64,000 bases of DNA from an uncultured Clostridia bacterium (GCA_934748015.1 CAKVHF010000002.1:133499-197498); one strand, 5' to 3'. Shown: positions 18,960-28,625, numbered from the stretch's first letter. Notes: a model not told the origin generated them from the letters alone. A program made the numbers and translations.

Positions 18960-19328
18960 ATGGCAGATCTAAATAAAATTGTTGAAGAAATCGAAAGCCT
19001 AACTGTACTAGAAGTTAGCGAATTAGTTAAAATGTTAGAAGAGAAATTTGGTGTAAGTGCTGCTGCACAAGTTGCAGTTGCTGGCCCTGCTACTGCTGCT
19101 GCAGCTGCAGAAGAGAAGAGCGAATTCAATGTTGTATTGAAGGAAGCTGGTGCAAATAAGATTGCAGTTATCAAAATCGTTAAGGAAGTTACTGGTCTAG
19201 GTCTAGGCGAAGCTAAGGCTCTAGTTGATGGTGCTCCTGCTACAGTTAAAGAGAATGTTCCTGCTGAAGAAGCTAAGGCTATGGAAGCTAAGCTTAAGGA
19301 AGCTGGTGCTACTGTTGAACTTAAGTAG
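18960..19328 (+). CDS. rplL: 50S ribosomal protein L7/L12
   Basis: [36 protein letters not shown], an Ala-rich hinge, then [27 protein letters not shown]...VELK. Confidence 0.97.
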   Translation: MADLNKIVEEIESLTVLEVSELVKMLEEKFGVSAAAQVAVAGPATAAAAAEEKSEFNVVLKEAGANKIAVIKIVKEVTGLGLGEAKALVDGAPATVKENVPAEEAKAMEAKLKEAGATVELK

Positions 19329-19356
19329 TTCTTATTATAGAAATAATACACCTAAA

Positions 19357-19401
19357 CAAAAAAAAATCGTGATGGATACATTTTCCACCACGATTTTTTT
19401 T
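19357..19401 (+). terminator. Bidirectional terminator between convergent rplL and rplI
   Basis: An A-tract, then AATCGTGATGG-(loop)-CCACCACGATT with one mismatch, then T8. Confidence 0.7.
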
Positions 19402-19515
19402 ACTTTATTATATTTTTCAATTTATTTATTATATTTTTAACTTTGTTTGGTATCTATAAAGTGCATTGATTGTGATTAATGTGTTTTGGCACAAATCTAT
19501 CTAATACTCCGCTAG

Positions 19516-19956
19516 TTATTCTGGTTTAACTACTACATTCAATTTTGCAGTTACAGTAGGGTGAAGTTTTAGTTTTGCGATATAGTTGCCGGTTGCCTTA
19601 ATAGGATCTATTTCGATCTTTTTCTTGTCTACATCGATGTTTTGTTTTGCTAATGCATCACTTATTTCCTTGTTGGTTACAGAGCCAAAAGTTTTGCCAT
19701 TAGCACCACATTTGATGCTTACTTCCACCGTTACATTCTTTACTCTATCCGCAAGAGCAACTGCGTGCAATCTCTCTTGTTCTGCCTTGTAAGCGTTGCT
19801 TGCTTGTGCTTGTTTTGCTTCGTTTAGATTGTTGGCTGTTCCCGCAACCGCATATCCGTTAGGGATAAGAAAGTTGTTAGCATATCCGCTATTTACTTCG
19901 ATTATTTCGCCCTTTTTGCCTTTGCCTTTTAAGTCTTTTAATAGTACTATTTTCAT
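19516..19956 (-). CDS. rplI: 50S ribosomal protein L9
   Basis: MKIVLLKDLKGKGKKGEIIEVNSGYANNFLIPNGYAV is a canonical L9 N-terminus. Confidence 0.93.
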   Translation of the reverse strand: MKIVLLKDLKGKGKKGEIIEVNSGYANNFLIPNGYAVAGTANNLNEAKQAQASNAYKAEQERLHAVALADRVKNVTVEVSIKCGANGKTFGSVTNKEISDALAKQNIDVDKKKIEIDPIKATGNYIAKLKLHPTVTAKLNVVVKPE

Positions 19957-20226
19957 ATCTTATCCATCCTTACGCTTTATTTTGTTATCTCCATTGTAGT
20001 TAAAAAAGGTGAGGGTTGTCAAATAAATATCGAATAGTTTAGTGATCATTGAAGAATATTTACATACTTTTTGGTTAATACTATGACAAACAAGTGTTTT
20101 TTTCTAGCAAAAATTGCTATAAGTGAAGTTGAATATCGTTTCATAAGTTAAGAAGATAAATTGATATTTGACGGAAAAGTATTTTTGTTAAAAGCGACCT
20201 TGAAAATAGCGAAAAAGGGGACAACT

Positions 20227-20550
20227 ATGGATCTAAAGTGTAAAAAACTAAATTGTGTAAGCAACGATAAATATTCTTGCATGAGAGACGGAATATGTGT
20301 TAAAGAAAACTGCGAGTGTGGAAGTTTTGAAGAAGCAAAGCACTTAGACGAAGGGCAAAGACAGGATGCTAGCAAAAACATGCTAGAAACAGCGATAGAC
20401 TATCATGCATATAGGCACAAAAAGGATGTAAATATTGAGTGCGGTGCGGAGTCTTGCTTATTCAATAACAACTGCAGATGCAAAGCCAATGGTATCACAG
20501 TGTGCAATTGCAATACCTGTGCGTTATGTTCAACTTATATCAAGAAATGA
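20227..20550 (+). CDS. Cysteine-rich protein with two DUF1540-like repeats
   Basis: ATG at 20227 is preceded by AAAGGGGA; the track's start at 20161 lacks an RBS. The two repeats are LKCKKLNCVSNDKYSCMRDGICV...CECGSF and IECGAESCLFNNNCRCKANGITV...CALCSTY. Confidence 0.65.
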   Translation: MDLKCKKLNCVSNDKYSCMRDGICVKENCECGSFEEAKHLDEGQRQDASKNMLETAIDYHAYRHKKDVNIECGAESCLFNNNCRCKANGITVCNCNTCALCSTYIKK

Positions 20551-20584
20551 AATGATGTCCTTGTGTGGCACATGTTTTTCAATA

Positions 20585-20637
20585 GATAAAAAAATATTTT
20601 GGGATTACTTTTTGCTTTTCCCAAAATATTTTTTTTG
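20585..20637 (+). terminator. Bidirectional terminator shared by the convergent DUF1540 and alpha-oxoamine synthase genes
   Basis: A perfect 13-bp stem AAAATATTTTGGG / CCCAAAATATTTT flanked by an A-tract and a T-tract. Confidence 0.75.
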
Positions 20638-20776
20638 TTTATATTCTCGACATTTTTTTAATCAACAACAATCGTATACATGTGTTATATTCTGCATGTT
20701 TTAGTACAATTGGCAATATCAACCATTTATGATGTTGTTGCTATGATACACTATATCGCATATCTTTGTTTAATAA

Positions 20777-21967
20777 CTAAAATTCCATTTTTTCAACAAT
20801 GTCTAATACTTCTTTGATCTTAGTAGCGGCTTCGTCCATTTGCTCTCTGGTGTGAGTAGCAGTGTAACTAGTACGGATAAGGCATTGACCTTCTGGAGTA
20901 GCAGGTGGAACGGCTGGGTTAACATATACGCCACGCTCAGATAACATTTTGCAAGCAACAAAAGTCTTCTTTGCATCGTATGTATAGATAGGGATGATTG
21001 GTGTGTTGTCAATCTCCACAATCTTTACACCTAGAGATTTTAGTTTCTCTCTCATGTAGTTGGAGATATCTAGCAATGCTTTTACTCTCTCAGGATGTTC
21101 ACGCAATATCTTAAGTGATGCTCTAGCACATGCAACGCTAGCAGGGGTGATAGATGCTGAGAAGATAAATGGACGAGAACTGTGCTTAACATAGTCTACA
21201 ACTTCCTTCTTGGCAGCCATGTATCCGCCTAGGGATGCAAGAGATTTAGAGAATGTACCCATATAGATATCTACTTCATCCTCTAGTCCGAAATATTCTG
21301 CAGTGCCACGACCGTGTTCGCCTAGTACGCCTAGACCGTGGGCATCATCAACCATTATTCTAGCACCATATTTCTTAGCCAGTTTTACAATCTCTGGCAA
21401 TTTGCATATATCGCCACTCATGCTAAATACGCCGTCTGTTACGATAAGGATACCTTTGTCTTCGCCAACTGACTGCAATTGTCTCTCAAGATCTTCCATA
21501 TTGCTATGTTCGTATCTAAGAAGTTTGGCATAACTAAGTCTGCAACCATCGTAGATACTAGCATGGTTCTCTTTGTCACCGATGATTACATCGTTTCTGC
21601 CAGCAATAGCAGAGATAATGCCTAGGTTAGATTGGAAGCCTGTGCTAAATGTTACAACAGCCTCTTTGTGCAAGAACTCTGCTAGTTCCTGCTCTAACAA
21701 GATGTGTTGATCAAGTGTACCATTAAGAAATCTTGAACCTGAACAACCAGAGCCATATTTCTTAAGTGCATTGATGCCCGCCTCGATTACTTCTGGGTGA
21801 GAAGTTAGTCCTAGATAGTTGTTAGAACCTATCATAATAGTCCTCTGACCATTCATGGTTACGACTGTGTCTTGTCCAGACTCTAGTGCCTGGAAATAAG
21901 GATAGATGTTCTCTTTTCTTATCTCATTTAGCAATGTTATGCTATTACATTTTGCGAATAAATCCAT
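20777..21967 (-). CDS. PLP-dependent alpha-oxoamine synthase (serine palmitoyltransferase / KBL / BioF family)
   Basis: Motifs IGSNNYLGL, GSGCSGSRFLNGT, STGFQSNLG, DKENHASIYDG, VDDAHGLGVLG and the PLP-lysine motif GTFSKSLASLGGY. The RFLNGT and GTFSKS variants resemble bacterial SPT more than E. coli Kbl (GTLGKALG). Confidence 0.85.
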   Translation of the reverse strand: MDLFAKCNSITLLNEIRKENIYPYFQALESGQDTVVTMNGQRTIMIGSNNYLGLTSHPEVIEAGINALKKYGSGCSGSRFLNGTLDQHILLEQELAEFLHKEAVVTFSTGFQSNLGIISAIAGRNDVIIGDKENHASIYDGCRLSYAKLLRYEHSNMEDLERQLQSVGEDKGILIVTDGVFSMSGDICKLPEIVKLAKKYGARIMVDDAHGLGVLGEHGRGTAEYFGLEDEVDIYMGTFSKSLASLGGYMAAKKEVVDYVKHSSRPFIFSASITPASVACARASLKILREHPERVKALLDISNYMREKLKSLGVKIVEIDNTPIIPIYTYDAKKTFVACKMLSERGVYVNPAVPPATPEGQCLIRTSYTATHTREQMDEAATKIKEVLDIVEKMEF

Positions 21968-22295
21968 TGTTGCTTTGTTATAATTGCCCTATATTAAGCC
22001 AAATATGGCGATAACCAGCTGGCTTGTTGCAAGGCAATCAATCTCCTTTTTGTTAAAATATATACAACCAAGTATAGCACGGCAAAAGTTGATTTACAAA
22101 ATTAATTACAGGCATTTTTTCATTTTTGCATCATATTTTTAATCGAATTTTGCTAATTATTTTTTTAGATATATTTATTAGTAAAATGATTTGGATTGTG
22201 GTATACTAAATTAGAATATTAGTGGAGTCGTTTTTTTTGCTTAAAAAAATTACGACATTGCACGAGGATATATTGTTTTAGGAGAAAATGGAAAA

Positions 22296-24305
22296 ATGTT
22301 GACACATTTGTTGGAAGGAAGTACAGGCGTAACTTATGACAACACAACTATATATGGCAAAGTAGTTGAATTTTTGTACGGAATTGCAAAAGGTCTAGAT
22401 GAGACAATTATGCTATTTATCACTATTGGTTTGCTACTGGTGATAACAATAGGAATCTTTATTGCTAAGAACAACACGTACGAGAAGAAGTTGATGAAGA
22501 GTGTAAAGGGGATCAATGCGTTCCTTAGCAAAAATCCATACATCAACGAGGATAGTCTAGTTGAGTTGAATGCCAAGATGAAGGCTAGTCCAAAGGCACT
22601 AAGGCATAGTTGGCAGGAATATATGCTTAATCGTGACAAATTGCCTAGCGAGTATATGGATACTGAGACTGTTATAGATCACCCAAGCAAAGCCAGCGGA
22701 TACAAGACAGCAATTAGGATCTGCCGTAATCTATTTGTGGCGTCAGCCATTGCTATTGCTATCCTTATGTTTAGCCGTGTGCTTGCCAATTTTGATCCAG
22801 CAGAGATCGACACTATCAGGACACATACATTTGTTATTCAGTCGCTATTTGAAGTAACATTGCTTCCGGGATTGTTATTATTCTTGGGATATCTGGTACT
22901 AGCATTATTCGAGTCTAGTTATGCATCGTTTACTAACGATCTATTCTATCAATATAGAGAGTTCCAAGGATATATCAACAAGGCTTGCACAACTATGCCT
23001 CCATACATTGATTATGAGATCCTATTTACTCAGAAGGAGATCAAGGATGGCATATCTGTATTGCAAGAATATCTAGACAAGAAGGCTATCCAAGAGCAGA
23101 AGGAGAAGGAAGAAGAAGAGTACAACAAGCAGAACTTTGAGAAGTTTGACTTTGACGAACTAGGGGTCGAAGGCTCTATACTACTAGAGCGTGCTATGAC
23201 CGAGTGCGAGAAGTACTTCAATATCAAGCGTAACCTTGTAGAGCGTAGAACTAGCAAAGAGCAAGAGATTGCTAACTATGCTAAGAACTTTGATGATGTA
23301 ACTAAGGACTTCGAGCGTAAGGCACAGACAATAAGAGAGAGTATGAACCAGATCACCGAGCAATTGAACAATACATCGGTTAAGATCGAGGCTAACTACT
23401 TGAAGAAGCGTTATGACGAAGAGCAACAGAAATTGCAACAATTGGAGAAAGATCACCAATTGAGCGAAGCAAGATTTAAGAAACAGCAATCAGAATTGCA
23501 AGAAGAGAAAGATGCAATAGATGAAGAGATTGAGTCTAGAAGAAAGAAGTTGGAGACTATCATGACCAGCGAGGGCAAGAGTTATTCCAACAAGATCTAT
23601 GGACTTATCAACGAGATTGTTAACAAGCAAAACGAGCCTCACTTCAAGGAAATGGAAGAGCAGAAGAACATCATGCAGAGTGAGATTGATAACATGAAGC
23701 AGAAGATATCTTCTTACGAGGTGGAGATCAATAGCAAGGGTGAGCAGATCGAAGAATTGGAGAAAGATTTGGGTCAGAAATTGGCACAGATCGAGACAAT
23801 TGATAGCCTGAAAGAGTACTTTAGTTCGGACGAATTCCGAAAGCGTATGACAGCAACCAAGGGTGCAGAAAATTTCCAAGGTTATGATGATGCGGACGAG
23901 TTGAGAGCAAAATTGTTGCATGCAGAAGAACAATTGATGTTGGCTAACGAAAGACAAACGAAATTGGAAGATCAGAGCAAAAAATTGATGAGCGAATACA
24001 ACAATATGCGTGCTAAGGAGAGGCAAACCGAAAACGAATTAAGAGATGTTGAGAAAGAGGCAAAAAAGGCTAAAAGAGTGGAGATAGACGACATTGACTT
24101 TGACCAAGCAGGCAAGGAAATAATAGAGTCTACCCAAGCTGATACAACCAAGATCGTTAACAATATGCAGAATAGCGTAAGCGAGATCGATGACATGAAT
24201 TCTAAGTTAAAGGATCAGATGAAATCTCTTAATCAACAGAAGAAAAACTTAATGAGTTCGATTGAAAAATTAAACAAATTAAGTGGCACTAAGAAAGATC
24301 AATAA
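22296..24305 (+). CDS. Membrane protein (about 3 TM) with a ~440-aa E/K/Q-rich coiled-coil C-terminal region; function unknown
   Basis: TM segments are IMLFITIGLLLVITIGIFIA, LFVASAIAIAILMF and LLPGLLLFLGYLVLALF. A long heptad-like charged region follows. All overlapping antisense ORFs are low-complexity mirrors of it. Confidence 0.75.
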   Translation: MLTHLLEGSTGVTYDNTTIYGKVVEFLYGIAKGLDETIMLFITIGLLLVITIGIFIAKNNTYEKKLMKSVKGINAFLSKNPYINEDSLVELNAKMKASPKALRHSWQEYMLNRDKLPSEYMDTETVIDHPSKASGYKTAIRICRNLFVASAIAIAILMFSRVLANFDPAEIDTIRTHTFVIQSLFEVTLLPGLLLFLGYLVLALFESSYASFTNDLFYQYREFQGYINKACTTMPPYIDYEILFTQKEIKDGISVLQEYLDKKAIQEQKEKEEEEYNKQNFEKFDFDELGVEGSILLERAMTECEKYFNIKRNLVERRTSKEQEIANYAKNFDDVTKDFERKAQTIRESMNQITEQLNNTSVKIEANYLKKRYDEEQQKLQQLEKDHQLSEARFKKQQSELQEEKDAIDEEIESRRKKLETIMTSEGKSYSNKIYGLINEIVNKQNEPHFKEMEEQKNIMQSEIDNMKQKISSYEVEINSKGEQIEELEKDLGQKLAQIETIDSLKEYFSSDEFRKRMTATKGAENFQGYDDADELRAKLLHAEEQLMLANERQTKLEDQSKKLMSEYNNMRAKERQTENELRDVEKEAKKAKRVEIDDIDFDQAGKEIIESTQADTTKIVNNMQNSVSEIDDMNSKLKDQMKSLNQQKKNLMSSIEKLNKLSGTKKDQ

Positions 24306-24366
24306 TTGCTAGTTGGCTAATGTATTTGACCTTGTGTTAAAATAGTGCAATTTAGAGAAAAAACAT

Positions 24367-24410
24367 AAAAGATATTCACAAAACAATACAAAATGTGGAT
24401 ATCTTTTTTG
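24367..24410 (+). terminator. Rho-independent terminator
   Basis: AAAAGATATTCACA-(13 nt)-TGTGGATATCTTTT with one G.U pair, followed by TTTTG. Confidence 0.65.
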
Positions 24411-25013
24411 CTTTTGTTATTAGCAAAATTATTGGGTAGATATAACAGCAGGTGTGATATATTTTTTATCATATCTAGAGATCAATATCAAAGTGTATCG
24501 AATATTGTAAAGGGTTTTTAATAATGTGTAAAGTGATGTTGATTTGCTCATATTATCCGCAAATCAATTTGCTACATGCAAATCTGTAAATGTTTACGGC
24601 ATCACAGTTTGAATAAACATCAGTTGCTGGCAAGTATCCCTTTGGGTAAGTTTGTCTCTAACTTACGATAATAAACAATATGTAGAGTAAAAAGTGAGAC
24701 AATATGCTTATTAAGTGCTATACATTAGTCAAAACGACAAAAAATATATACACAAGTATATATTGTTGGCTATTAACCGCATTGATTTGCTTGACAATGA
24801 TTTGCAAAATTTAGTTTAATATGTGTATAGAAAAAGTATCGTAAGAAGTATGTCAATTTTTTCTTACAGATTTTTCCTAAAAAATAAATATAATCTAGAT
24901 GCAGGAAATTGTAGTGCCAGAGTGTAGGTAAATGCTACAACATCGGCAAGCACAATATTGTAATAATTGTTAAGGCATCTAGACATCTAAATAATACAGA
25001 AGGTATATATCCC

Positions 25014-25622
25014 ATGAATACTAAGAAAAAAGTAATTACTCTTGTGGTTGTTGTGGTGACTATGCTTGTAGTCATTGCAAGTACACTTGCTATTGTGCTA
25101 ACACTTAGCAATCAATCACTAGAGTCACAAGTTAATATTGCATATACAGCAGAGGATGTTGCAGTGCGTGTCAGTGCTAGTGTATATAGGGCGGGTGATA
25201 GTGCAGAGACTAAGTTTGTTAATGGTTCAAAAGAATACATTGATATCACTCCAACTAACCGTACAGCAACACTATCTCAGTCTTCTGGCTCGGTGATTAG
25301 TCTAGACGATGATCATACCAGCGTATGTATTGCATATATATTTCAGACATTGGATGATAGTGTTTCGGTCAGAATATCTCTTACGGCAATGCCAACAGTT
25401 ACTAACATGAAGGTACAATATTATGTTAGTGAGAGTTATATGGATGGTGACATTATGTCTTACAATGATATGGAGTTGGTTAATACATTGAGTGATCAGA
25501 TTTTGGAGAGTTCAGCATCGAACAATATTGCAATCTATGTTGTATATACTGTCACAGATGTATACAGTAGTGCTTCGATCAAGGGCGACTTCGGTTGGAA
25601 CTTAAGCAGAGTAGATGCTTAA
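25014..25622 (+). CDS. Small membrane-anchored/secreted protein; homologous to the N-terminal module of the LRR protein at 34371
   Basis: The N-terminal TM is VITLVVVVVTMLVVIASTLAIVL. Shared blocks with the other protein are listed under the findings. Confidence 0.7.
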   Translation: MNTKKKVITLVVVVVTMLVVIASTLAIVLTLSNQSLESQVNIAYTAEDVAVRVSASVYRAGDSAETKFVNGSKEYIDITPTNRTATLSQSSGSVISLDDDHTSVCIAYIFQTLDDSVSVRISLTAMPTVTNMKVQYYVSESYMDGDIMSYNDMELVNTLSDQILESSASNNIAIYVVYTVTDVYSSASIKGDFGWNLSRVDA

Positions 25623-25651
25623 TAAAAAAAACAATATAAGGCTTAATAATT

Positions 25652-26500
25652 ATGAGAAAATTTAACAAAGAAACTTTTACAATTGCAGGGGCGGATTTTA
25701 ATACAAGAAAGGGGCTTATGACACTTGCTATTTCGGCAGGTGTGTTGGCTGTTCTGATTATACTTAAATTGTGCGGTGTGGACTTCAGTTGGTATGGACT
25801 GCTTATAGGTATTGCGTTTTTGCTAGCACTTGCTTTTGCGGTAAAATATTGCAAATATAGAGATCTGGACAGCGAATTGCCATATGACTTGATTTGGTGG
25901 GTCTTTCCGCTAAGTCTGATAGGCGCAAGGATGTATTATTGTGCATTTGAAGGTACTTTTGATATGTTTTTTGATTTCACCAAAGGTGGATTAGGCGTGT
26001 ATGGCGGAATAATAGGCGGAGCATTGGGACTAATAATCTGTTGCATTATTAAGAAGGTTAATATCCTTAAGACAATGGACGTAGTTGCACCAGTGTTGAT
26101 CTTGGGTCAAGCAATAGGTCGTATAGGTTGCTACACTGCCGGTTGTTGCTATGGTGTAGAGGTTACTAACAAGGCTTTGCAATGGTTTCCGATAGCATAC
26201 TATGTGCATGGTGGTTGGCACCTTGCTACATTCTTCTACGAGAGTGTGTTATGTATAGTCGGCTTCTTTGTGATTGCGTTGATTTTGCGAAAATTTAAGT
26301 TGACAGGTTTATCTACTTGCTCGTATTTATTCTATTATGGACTGGTAAGATATTTTACAGAGAGTTTCAGAGATCCTAATGCACAATTGTTTATTAGTGG
26401 ATTTCCAGTTTCAATTGCGGTTAGTTTAATTTTGATTGTTTTGGGAACAATAGGATTGACAATAATTCTGGTCAAAGGTAGGAAAAATAATCAAATTTGA
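25652..26500 (+). CDS. lgt: Prolipoprotein diacylglyceryl transferase
   Basis: A polytopic membrane protein with WYGLLIGIAFLLA, GGLGVYGGIIGGALG and GQAIGRIGCYTAGCCYG, the Lgt signature in its Cys-rich clostridial variant. Confidence 0.85.
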   Translation: MRKFNKETFTIAGADFNTRKGLMTLAISAGVLAVLIILKLCGVDFSWYGLLIGIAFLLALAFAVKYCKYRDLDSELPYDLIWWVFPLSLIGARMYYCAFEGTFDMFFDFTKGGLGVYGGIIGGALGLIICCIIKKVNILKTMDVVAPVLILGQAIGRIGCYTAGCCYGVEVTNKALQWFPIAYYVHGGWHLATFFYESVLCIVGFFVIALILRKFKLTGLSTCSYLFYYGLVRYFTESFRDPNAQLFISGFPVSIAVSLILIVLGTIGLTIILVKGRKNNQI

Positions 26501-26898
26501 GAAAGATATATGTGCAGGCAATAATCAATGTCGTTTTGCCGATATTGTATGTATTGTTTGTGATATTTTGCGATATTGAAGAAAGTTATGCAGGGTATAT
26601 GTATAGTGGTGCTTTTGTAGGCATGTTGACGCTGATATGTTTTAGCAAATACATTATTTATCATCGTCAGAACATGCTATACTTTGCCGTTGTTGGAGCA
26701 TGTTATGCAGGGGTGCTTATTGTAGCATATATTATGCGAGTTGCTAGCCTGCTTCCGTACATGTGGGTCTTTTGGATGATCGCAGGGGTGACGGCGTATA
26801 TCTTCTATATAGTGTACCGAGAGGTGTACCAGCGGAACTTTGCTTACTGTATGATAGCGGTTGCGGTGATACTATTGATTATATTAGGGATAAGATAA
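26497..26898 (+). CDS. Small 4-TM membrane protein, unknown function
   Basis: The TTG start overlaps the lgt stop by 4 nt, which suggests coupling. There are four hydrophobic segments. The start codon is uncertain; GTG at 26512 is an alternative. Confidence 0.55.
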   Translation: MRKIYVQAIINVVLPILYVLFVIFCDIEESYAGYMYSGAFVGMLTLICFSKYIIYHRQNMLYFAVVGACYAGVLIVAYIMRVASLLPYMWVFWMIAGVTAYIFYIVYREVYQRNFAYCMIAVAVILLIILGIR

Positions 26899-26913
26899 TA
26901 AGGAATAATAATT

Positions 26914-27786
26914 GTGGCAAAATTTGATATAGACAAAAATGGATATAATGTAAGTCAAGTAGACGAATATATAGATGCTTTGACACTGAAATATGAGCAT
27001 AAATTGTCCGAGCAAAAGGACAAAATCTTTGCACTAAAGAACGAGAATAGCATGCTACAGTCTACTCTGGATGATAGCAGAATTAGGGAAGATGAGGTGT
27101 CGAAAGCTCTTGTCTTTGCAGTGGAGAAATCGGAACAAGTGGAGAATGGAAGCAGGAAGATTTACGAACTAGAAGTGCGTAGAATGCGACTAATATATGC
27201 TAAGTGGAAGGATTTATTAGACAAGGTTGACTTAGATGATCTTAAACTAAATAATGTGGCAAAAATGTCACTAACTGAGTTTGAGGCTGACATTGCAATG
27301 ATACTTAAACAAAACGAAGAGTATGAGGCAAGGAAGACGGAAGATGAGGCTAGTATCAAAGACAACTTGAAAGAAAATAGCAGTAATTATATCAAGAACT
27401 TACTTAATCGTATGGAATACTTAGTGGATAGTGATAGCAAAAAGGAAGAAGGTAAGCAAAAGAACCTTAAAAAAGCAAAAAATATCACTAATAAAACATC
27501 TAAAAATGTGGAGAAAAAGCACACAACTCCTAAGTCGGACAAGTCTAATACTGAGGCTAAGAAACAGAGCGAAAGACTACTTAGTATCAACCGTAGATTT
27601 AACAAATTGTCTAGTCAATTGGGACTTGCCAACGGCAGTCAAATGCTAGACGAGACTATATCTGACGACAATGCATATTTCCGCAACATTACCAGAGAAG
27701 ATGACGATGAGAAATTTGATCTAGATGCGATCCTTAACCCAACCGAAGACTTAGCTGAAATAATGAAAGCATTTGAGGATGTATAG
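26914..27786 (+). CDS. DivIVA-domain protein
   Basis: GTG start with AAGGA 9 nt upstream. The N-terminal FDIDKNGYNVSQVDEYIDAL is the DivIVA motif (F...GY....VD.fLd), followed by a coiled coil and a K-rich tail. Confidence 0.8.
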   Translation: MAKFDIDKNGYNVSQVDEYIDALTLKYEHKLSEQKDKIFALKNENSMLQSTLDDSRIREDEVSKALVFAVEKSEQVENGSRKIYELEVRRMRLIYAKWKDLLDKVDLDDLKLNNVAKMSLTEFEADIAMILKQNEEYEARKTEDEASIKDNLKENSSNYIKNLLNRMEYLVDSDSKKEEGKQKNLKKAKNITNKTSKNVEKKHTTPKSDKSNTEAKKQSERLLSINRRFNKLSSQLGLANGSQMLDETISDDNAYFRNITREDDDEKFDLDAILNPTEDLAEIMKAFEDV

Positions 27787-27966
27787 GAAATGTTGGATGC
27801 CATAAAGATCTGTTTCTAATTATTTACAAAAAGTGGCTAACTAATTAATAGTTGTATGCCTGCAGATATACCACACAAAATGATACAAATATTCTGGACA
27901 AAAAAAGACAAAAAACACTTTACAAATGGGTAGTAATTGTGTTATCATACTAGTACTATCGAGGCT

Positions 27967-27989
27967 AAAAGGTGTTAACGCCTTTTTTT
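27967..27989 (+). terminator. Short terminator hairpin
   Basis: AAAAGGTG-TTAA-CGCCTTTT (one G.U pair) followed by TTTTTG. Confidence 0.5.
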
Positions 27990-28002
27990 GTTGTTAATTG
28001 TA

Positions 28003-28031
28003 TTGACAATAATCTATTATTATGATAGAAT
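28003..28031 (+). promoter_or_regulatory. Strong sigmaA-type promoter of rpmG-secE-nusG
   Basis: TTGACA (28003-28008), a 17-nt spacer, then TG-a-TAGAAT, an extended -10 (28026-28031). Confidence 0.65.
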
Positions 28032-28078
28032 TTCAATCGGTAAAATTATGTAAAAATGTTTGAAGGAGAATACAAGAC

Positions 28079-28228
28079 ATGAGAGAAACTATTGTACTAG
28101 AGTGTACTGAATGTAAGAGAAGAAACTATACTTCTGAGAAGAACAAGAAGAACAATCCTGACAGATTGACTGTTAACAAATACTGCAGTTTCTGCAAGAA
28201 ACACACTGCTCACAAAGAGACTAAGTAA
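28079..28228 (+). CDS. rpmG: 50S ribosomal protein L33 (49 aa; absent from the ORF track because it is under 60 aa)
   Basis: Manual translation gives [60 protein letters not shown] is upstream, the CxxC...CxxC zinc ribbon is present, and the gene sits in its conserved position before secE. Confidence 0.93.
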   Translation: MRETIVLECTECKRRNYTSEKNKKNNPDRLTVNKYCSFCKKHTAHKETK

Positions 28229-28254
28229 TAATAACCCTATAAGGAGTCTAATAA

Positions 28255-28581
28255 ATGGCAAAAAAAGAAATTGAGTCTGAAGTTAAGGACACCCAAGCGG
28301 TAGTAACAACAGACGATAGCAATGTTAAGAAGGATAAGGACGTTAAGTCTAAGGATAAGGACAAGAAAGATAAGAAGTCTAAGAAGAAAGATCCTAACAA
28401 GAAGGGTGTGTCTCAGAAATCCAAAGAATTGTACAGCGAGTTAAAGAAGGTATCTTGGCCTAGTTTTGGCAAAGTAGTTAAGTCTACTTGCGTAGTTCTA
28501 TTGGTTGTAACAGTATGCACACTATTGTTGTTTGGTGCTGACAGATTATTCTTCTGGTTGTTTGGCTTGTTGATGGGCTAA
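28255..28581 (+). CDS. secE: Preprotein translocase subunit SecE with a ~55-aa lysine-rich N-terminal extension
   Basis: The C-terminal LYSELKKVSWPSFGKVVKSTCVVLLVVTVCTLLLFGADRLFFWLF is the SecE TM core. Synteny is rpmG-secE-nusG. Confidence 0.9.
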   Translation: MAKKEIESEVKDTQAVVTTDDSNVKKDKDVKSKDKDKKDKKSKKKDPNKKGVSQKSKELYSELKKVSWPSFGKVVKSTCVVLLVVTVCTLLLFGADRLFFWLFGLLMG

Positions 28582-28625
28582 GTTAATTTGTAACAACTTT
28601 GGTTAAAAGTATATAAGGAGTAATC

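Noticed and set aside
18920-19351. A 143-aa minus-strand ORF antisense to rplL, and the plus-strand ORF 19225-19440.
   Set aside because: The first is an Ala/Ser-rich mirror image of the unmistakable L7/L12 gene. The second is an out-of-frame overlap that runs through the terminator.
23490-24026. A 178-aa minus-strand ORF, with neighbours at 23030-23489 and 23972-24196, inside the coiled-coil gene.
   Set aside because: The E/K/Q-rich coiled-coil coding sequence gives stop-poor L/F/Q-rich antisense frames. The plus-strand ORF is continuous for 669 codons with an RBS and a terminator.
27917-27989. A possible tiny sRNA: promoter-like TTTACA...TTATCAT followed about 30 nt later by the terminator hairpin at 27967-27989.
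   Set aside because: The -10 box is poor and the predicted transcript would be only ~35 nt. The hairpin is more simply the terminator of the DivIVA-domain gene.
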